A stretch of 64,000 nt of DNA. It comes from a virus. Its lineage: Duplodnaviria; Heunggongvirae; Uroviricota; Caudoviricetes. The DNA is taken from the IMG/VR virus record IMGVR_UViG_3300035498_001143; one strand, given 5' to 3'. Position numbers and translations under genes: made by a program. The first letter of the stretch is position 1. Every line of letters begins with the position of its first letter. Of the stretch, positions 58,949-64,000 are shown piece after piece. Under the pieces are notes generated by a model. That model made no database searches, was not told where the DNA came from, and saw only the letters and a program-made list of their open reading frames with translations.

Positions 58949-59432
58949 TTTCATCACCATCTTTTTTTAATATTACTATTTTTCTTTTTCTTTTATTTAA
59001 AACCCTAAGAACTTCATCGTTTTCATTTTCTACATTAAAAATATCTTTTTCAATGGAATTATTTATAGGAGCTTGTTCTGTATTACGTTTAACTACTTCA
59101 TATTTTAAAACAGTAATTAAATCAATATCATTATTATCTTCAATGAATTTTGTTGTTTGATTTATAAATTCATCAATAAAGTTATCATTTACTTCATATA
59201 TATCTATTACAACATCTACCCAAAAACCATAAATTATATCCCCGTAAATTGTTTTTCCATCGGCTGTAAGATTTAATACATTAGGTATAGTTTCAGCTAA
59301 GATAAATGTTGCCTCTATATTTATATTTTGAAACTTTTTTTCAAGTTTTTTAATCGAATCTTCCACAAGGCTGCGAGTACAATAAAAACTACTTACTTGC
59401 ATTTTTATTTTCAATATTATCAGTCCTTTCAT
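58926..59432 (-). CDS. paralog family member 1 (KRKRKIVILKK tail)
   Basis: As above. Confidence 0.4.
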   Translation of the reverse strand: MKGLIILKIKMQVSSFYCTRSLVEDSIKKLEKKFQNINIEATFILAETIPNVLNLTADGKTIYGDIIYGFWVDVVIDIYEVNDNFIDEFINQTTKFIEDNNDIDLITVLKYEVVKRNTEQAPINNSIEKDIFNVENENDEVLRVLNKRKRKIVILKKDGDENDSGSGV

Positions 59433-59529
59433 ATTTTATTTTTATGTATATATTATACCATATTTTTTATTGTTTGTCAATATTTTTATTAAAAAAGAGA
59501 GTAGTATAAAAACCACTCTCTTAGTATAT

Positions 59530-59715
59530 TTAGTATTTCGTTACAGTAGCAACATTGTCATTCTTATAAAATTCAGGTGTAACTTTTGAGCTTGTAATAA
59601 CACCTAAGTTTTTTTCAAATGGCTTAGTCAGGTCTTTACAAGACATACCTGCTACTTCTTTTACTTCCATATTAGTGTTGCCTTCTTCATCAAAAGTAAA
59701 AACGATTTGGCTCAT
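59530..59715 (-). CDS. DUF2997-like small protein
   Basis: 61 aa, ...EVKEVAGMSCKDLTKPFEKNLGVI... resembles the DUF2997 pattern (kG..C...T.....LG). Confidence 0.45.
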   Translation of the reverse strand: MSQIVFTFDEEGNTNMEVKEVAGMSCKDLTKPFEKNLGVITSSKVTPEFYKNDNVATVTKY

Positions 59716-59879
59716 GCTATATCAATCCTTTCAAACCAATTTCCTTGGCTATCTAACATTATTTCTCTCTTACAATATTTACAAATAGAATGAACATTTA
59801 CTTCGTCCATATAAGTTTTAGTATTGTCGGGTTTATGCCAACCAAAGAAGCCACATAAGATTTTTGTACTAAGTTTCAT
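59712..59879 (-). CDS. small zinc-ribbon protein (55 aa, below ORF-track cutoff)
   Basis: C...C...CKYC; ATGA start/stop overlap with the downstream gene. Confidence 0.3.
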   Translation of the reverse strand: MKLSTKILCGFFGWHKPDNTKTYMDEVNVHSICKYCKREIMLDSQGNWFERIDIA

Positions 59880-59897
59880 ATTGTAATATTCACCTCT

Positions 59898-60251
59898 TTA
59901 GACGTTTACAAACAGCTTAATATCATTACCTACTTTCTTTTCAGTAAAAGTATATCCATTCTTCTTAGCAACAAGTTTTGTTTTTTCAACAGCATATCTT
60001 TGTTTAAGAGTGTTCAACTCTTTTATATCTCCCCAGTTACCTTCGTAATTATCAAAAATAATTTCACCATTACTTTTTACGCATACAGGATATCTCCAAT
60101 TAGGGAGTTTAATTTTTGTACCGTGTTCTCTTTTACCGTCAAAGAAATCAACATTAGTATTTTCAACACAATCAATACCAAGTTCTTTACAAGCATTTTT
60201 AAGTACCGTTATATCTTTCATTTTTACATCAATAGTAGTACAATGTGACAT
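59898..60251 (-). CDS. DUF1257 (Ycf35-like) protein
   Basis: 117 aa, N-terminal MSHCTTIDVKMKD..VLKNACKELG... and length typical of DUF1257, which co-occurs with DUF2997. Confidence 0.45.
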   Translation of the reverse strand: MSHCTTIDVKMKDITVLKNACKELGIDCVENTNVDFFDGKREHGTKIKLPNWRYPVCVKSNGEIIFDNYEGNWGDIKELNTLKQRYAVEKTKLVAKKNGYTFTEKKVGNDIKLFVNV

Positions 60252-60263
60252 AATTTAACCACC

Positions 60264-60485
60264 TCACTTTTCTTTCTTTAAATAAGTATAAGTAACAGTA
60301 TCTCCATTATCCATATGAACTGATATCTCAGTAGGATAACCCGTTGGTTCGCTCTTTTGTGATAAATAATTTTTAGCAAAAACTGTTTTAGGTGTTTTAT
60401 GGTTCTTTTCACAAGCAATAGCCTTATCTCTTTCTTTATATACAGTTTTGCAAAACTCACACTGATATTGTTTCATTTCTAACAT
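60264..60485 (-). CDS. zinc-ribbon protein
   Basis: CEFC...CEKNH. Confidence 0.35.
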   Translation of the reverse strand: MLEMKQYQCEFCKTVYKERDKAIACEKNHKTPKTVFAKNYLSQKSEPTGYPTEISVHMDNGDTVTYTYLKKEK

Positions 60486-61910
60486 TTAACTCACCTCTTG
60501 TGTTTTTACAATAGTTCTTTTAACGCTTTTTGGTGTGGTAGAAACCTTATTAGAAGCATAGATTGTTCTATCTTTAGCCCATTCTCTAAGCATTTCTATC
60601 TTTTCTTTCATAGTTTTATAGATAGGTGTTACATATTCACTTGCTTCTAATAAAGAAGTATTAAGACAAGAAGCAAGGCGATACATCGTTTTTATTTCTG
60701 CACCTGTCCAATTTTCAATGTTAGGTAACTGTGTATCTTCAACTTTGTATTCTTTTTTGTAAATTTCACAAATACCTTTTCTTTCTTCCTCATTAGGTAA
60801 GTCAACGAAAAAGATAGCATCCCATCTTTCCGCTCTCAAATATTCAGGTGGAAGTTTAGATATATCATTACTTGTAGCAATAACATATACATCACTATCG
60901 TGGTCAGATAACCATTTAAGAAATTGTCCACCTTGTCTTTGTGAAGTACCACTATCACCATTATATCCACTTACTCCTGCTAATCCTTTTTCGATTTCGT
61001 CAATAAACAAAATGCAAGGGTTCATAGCATCAACAGTTTTTAAAGCATCTCTTGTTTTCTGCTCTGTTTCGCCAACAAGCTTACCCATCATAGCACCAAA
61101 ATCCATATTGATTGTTACTCTATTGGTTTCAGTACCTAATGTGTTTGCAAAGTGAGATTTACCACCGCCTGGAACGCCAACAAGAAGAATACCTTTACCT
61201 TTACCAACCATTCTTTTTGCAAAATATTTAAGCTTATCTAACCCGTACAATGTATTAAAATCAAGTTTCTTAGTGTTGATTGTTAAAGAACCCTGTGTTT
61301 TAATCAACTGTTTTTTCTGTTCGTTTATAAACTCAGGCAAAAGCTTATCTTCAAGACTAAGACTCAAACTTAAAGCGTTATCAAGTTCAAATGTTGTCAA
61401 TCCCAATCCTGCTTGAATAATTGCTTCTTTTTCTTTTTTAGAAATTTTGTATTCAAAATCATCACAAAATTCAGTTATAAAATCATCAATTTCTTCTTTA
61501 GTAGGCAAGTTGAAATCAAGTATAGTCATATACCTTGAAACTTCACTTGGCAGTTCTACTGTTGGAGATATGATTGTAAATGTACAACAGTTCCTTTTGT
61601 AATTTTCCATATTGTTAATCAAAGCTCTCCAAGCAACATTGTTTTTAATGTAATTATCATAATCTAATACAAAGATAATCATATTGTTTTCTTTTTCTAA
61701 AGTTTCAATTGGTTGAAGTGCATCCATTGTGCTTTCTTCGTGAACTTCATCAAGAGTATAAACCCCTTTATTTATATCCCAAATACGATACTGTCTTTTT
61801 AATTTTTTACAATCATTTATACATTGATTGATACACCTTTCGTATTCAAAAGTATTCAACCAAAGCAAAGGATAGCCTGCTGAAATGTGTTTTAAAAACG
61901 GACTTTTCAT
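60486..61910 (-). CDS. AAA+ ATPase (classic AAA/CbbX-like) with large N-terminal domain
   Basis: Walker A GVPGGGKS, Walker B ILFIDEIEK, SRH-like region. Confidence 0.7.
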   Translation of the reverse strand: MKSPFLKHISAGYPLLWLNTFEYERCINQCINDCKKLKRQYRIWDINKGVYTLDEVHEESTMDALQPIETLEKENNMIIFVLDYDNYIKNNVAWRALINNMENYKRNCCTFTIISPTVELPSEVSRYMTILDFNLPTKEEIDDFITEFCDDFEYKISKKEKEAIIQAGLGLTTFELDNALSLSLSLEDKLLPEFINEQKKQLIKTQGSLTINTKKLDFNTLYGLDKLKYFAKRMVGKGKGILLVGVPGGGKSHFANTLGTETNRVTINMDFGAMMGKLVGETEQKTRDALKTVDAMNPCILFIDEIEKGLAGVSGYNGDSGTSQRQGGQFLKWLSDHDSDVYVIATSNDISKLPPEYLRAERWDAIFFVDLPNEEERKGICEIYKKEYKVEDTQLPNIENWTGAEIKTMYRLASCLNTSLLEASEYVTPIYKTMKEKIEMLREWAKDRTIYASNKVSTTPKSVKRTIVKTQEVS

Positions 61911-61956
61911 TTTTTATAATCTCCTTTCAACTTAATTTTTGATTTTTACAATTATG

Positions 61957-61985
61957 ATTATACCACACTTTTTAAAGTTTGTCAA
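61957..61985 (-). promoter_or_regulatory. sigma70 promoter TTGACA-17-TGnTATAAT on minus strand
   Basis: Reverse complement reads cTTGACAaactttaaaaagtgtggTATAAT. Confidence 0.6.
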
Positions 61986-62045
61986 GGTTTTTTATAAAAA
62001 ATATAAACAAACTTATTTATTAAAAAAAGAGAAAGAGGTAATATA

Positions 62046-62951
62046 ATGTCAACATTTTTAATAATAGATGGTAATAGTATGGCTTGCAGAGCTTGTTATG
62101 CTGTAAGTGATTATCAAAAAGAATTAAAAAATTCATCAGGTAAAATAACAGGTAGTACATATAGATTTTTAAATATATTTACAAAATTATTAAAAGAATT
62201 TAAACCAACACATATCGTAGTTGTTTGGGATAGTCATACAAAAACTTTTAGAAAAGAAATATATTCAGACTATAAAGGTAATAGAAATAATGTGGATGAT
62301 ATAAATGATGAAAATACTGCAATAATGTTTCAGGATATAAAAGAAATATTGAATTTAATTGGTGTTTTAAACGTAGAATACTTAGGCTATGAGGGCGATG
62401 ATTTATGTGGTACTTTTGCTAATATATCTACTGCTGATAAAAACTTGATTGTTTCAGGAGATAGAGATATATTTCAATTAATAGATAGTTATACAAATGT
62501 TGTTTACTTGAAAACAGGCGATAAGAAATTTAATGTTATTGATGAAGAAATATTAAAAGAAAAATACGATTTAGATAATGTAAGACAATTTATATATTTA
62601 AAAGCAATGACAGGTGATGTATCAGATAACATACAAGGAATAGAAAGTTGTGGTGAAAAAACAGCTTCTAAATTGTTAAGAAAATACGGTAATTTACAAA
62701 ATATATTAAATGCTGAAAATATTGAATGTAAAGGCGTAAGTAAAACTGTAATAGAAAATATTAAAAAATGGAAAGATAAGGCAAGTACAATATTAAAGTT
62801 GGTAACAATATATAAAAAAGTTCCAATAGAATTAGAATTTGAAGATTGCGAATTAAATATAAATTGGTATAATGCGATATCTAAATTTAATGAATTAGAA
62901 TTTAACTCATATATAAATAATATAGATAAACTTTACAGTGGTGGTGAGTAA
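62046..62951 (+). CDS. 5'-3' exonuclease / flap endonuclease (T4 RNase H, T5 D15 type)
   Basis: N-terminal LIIDGNSMACRA..., acidic metal-binding clusters (WDSH, GYEGDDL, SGDRD), H3TH region GIESCGEKTA. Confidence 0.8.
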   Translation: MSTFLIIDGNSMACRACYAVSDYQKELKNSSGKITGSTYRFLNIFTKLLKEFKPTHIVVVWDSHTKTFRKEIYSDYKGNRNNVDDINDENTAIMFQDIKEILNLIGVLNVEYLGYEGDDLCGTFANISTADKNLIVSGDRDIFQLIDSYTNVVYLKTGDKKFNVIDEEILKEKYDLDNVRQFIYLKAMTGDVSDNIQGIESCGEKTASKLLRKYGNLQNILNAENIECKGVSKTVIENIKKWKDKASTILKLVTIYKKVPIELEFEDCELNINWYNAISKFNELEFNSYINNIDKLYSGGE

Positions 62952-62953
62952 GT

Positions 62954-63382
62954 ATGACAGAGGAAGAATATTTTAAATTGTTAGGTGGTATAGAAACAGT
63001 TGAAGAAAAAAAAGAAGAAGAAAAATCTAAACCACTTAAAAAACCCGTATATGTTTTTGATAGAAATACTGCAACAGGTAAAATAGAAATAAATACACCT
63101 ACTATGTTGGGAGTAAAACAAGAGAAAAAAGAAAAATCAATAACAGAGCAAAATAATGAAATAATAAATAATTCAATGAGAAATAAAAAAAATATAGTAA
63201 GTGGTATGCTAAGAAATTATAATAATGAATTAGCAAAAATACAAATAGAAATAGAGTTAGAAGAAAGATTATATTCAAAAACTAATGATGAAAAATATAA
63301 AACTAATTTAAATGATTTAAATAATCAAAAAATTGAGTTAATCGAAAAAATAAAAGGTTTAAATTTAATTAATGAGGAGTAA
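62954..63382 (+). CDS. hypothetical coiled-coil protein
   Basis: ORF with RBS. Confidence 0.4.
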   Translation: MTEEEYFKLLGGIETVEEKKEEEKSKPLKKPVYVFDRNTATGKIEINTPTMLGVKQEKKEKSITEQNNEIINNSMRNKKNIVSGMLRNYNNELAKIQIEIELEERLYSKTNDEKYKTNLNDLNNQKIELIEKIKGLNLINEE

Positions 63383-63384
63383 AT

Positions 63385-64000
63385 AATGGCAGAAGGAATA
63401 GTACATAAACATTTAAAACAACAGGGTATGAAATGGATAAAAACCAAAGTTACTGATATTGTAGCAACAGAAATAAAATATCGTAATATGTATTCTATTG
63501 CTGATGTTGGTGGTATAAATTTAAAAAGAAAAGAAGTTAGAATTATTGAATGTAAAGCAAGTAGACAGGATTTTTTAAGAGATAAAAAATTGATGGATAT
63601 AGATAAATCTTACTATAAGCATTGTCATTATTTTTACATATTAAGTCCTGCCAACATAATAACAGTTAATGACATACCTAAAGAATATGGCTTATTGTGG
63701 CTTAATAATAAAGATGAAATAGAACTAATACAAAAGCCTGTAAAGTATACAGGGAGATTAAAAACAATGTTTAATACTTCTTTAAAAAATATGGTTCGAG
63801 CTGAAACAAATACTTTAATATATTATTTTGACAACCAAGAAAATAAAGACGAAACGAATGGTAAATTTAGTAGACAAGCGGATATAATATATGCTGCCAT
63901 TAGATGCCCCAAATGTAAACACGTAACAAAAGATTTAATACATAAAAATAATACTTCTTTAATTAAATGTAGTAATTGTAAAGAACAAATAATTATAAAA
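63385..64000 (+). CDS. MmcB-like PD-(D/E)XK nuclease with C-terminal zinc ribbon (3' end beyond window)
   Basis: ...IADVGGINLKRKEVRIIECKASRQDF... (the D...E.K core), later CPKC...CSNC. No stop before the window end. Confidence 0.5.

Noticed and set aside
1-64000. tRNA, rRNA and cas genes
   Set aside because: Scanning the GC-richer non-coding stretches found no cloverleaf-compatible tRNA. No ORF shows Cas1, Cas2, Cas6, Cas9 or Cas12 motifs.

Overview
This 64-kb window is low-GC (about a quarter G+C) and tightly packed. Nearly all genes are on the plus strand, except one minus-strand block at 57.5-61.9 kb. The window holds at least thirteen perfect TTGACA-N17-TATAAT (or TATTAT) promoters and many hairpin/U-tract terminators.

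The gene content suggests the early/DNA-metabolism arm of a large phage or phage-plasmid infecting a low-GC Firmicutes- or Fusobacteria-like host. It includes SbcC, HU, RNase H, a FEN-type 5'-3' exonuclease, gyrB/gyrA, ClpP/ClpX, a DHH phosphoesterase, a sigma-like factor, a metallophosphatase and MoxR-like and AAA+ ATPases. No virion structural genes are present.

The most notable features are listed below.
- gyrB is split by two intervening sequences; the first is a canonical group I intron, and between them lies a 24-aa micro-exon carrying the toprim DxD motif. gyrA carries a further intron. A homing-endonuclease-like gene sits directly upstream of gyrB.
- A ~1.8-kb chimeric group I intron/IS605-family element with a TnpB gene (an IStron) lies inside a gene encoding a sulfonate/nitrate-type substrate-binding domain fused to an OmpA peptidoglycan-binding domain. 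Removing it leaves an in-frame junction.
- Two small minus-strand CRISPR-like arrays have a 30-nt repeat and two spacers each. Each is preceded by a near-identical ~430-bp leader carrying a consensus promoter and a conserved, GC-rich, structured segment. No cas genes are present.
- Thirteen orphan DNA methyltransferases lie between 28 and 50 kb, with a radical-SAM enzyme at the right end of the island. One C5 methyltransferase is split at a G5 run. An ABC-like ATPase is joined to a GNAT-like domain through an A7 slippery -1 site.
- An origin-like region at 45.4-45.9 kb combines an extreme AT tract with seven DnaA-box-like 9-mers.
- The minus-strand block holds an AAA+ ATPase, a zinc-ribbon protein, a DUF1257-like and a DUF2997-like gene, plus four tandem paralogs that end in a KRRRTI(V)SL tail.

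All calls rest on manual motif reading of the translated frames. No database search was run.
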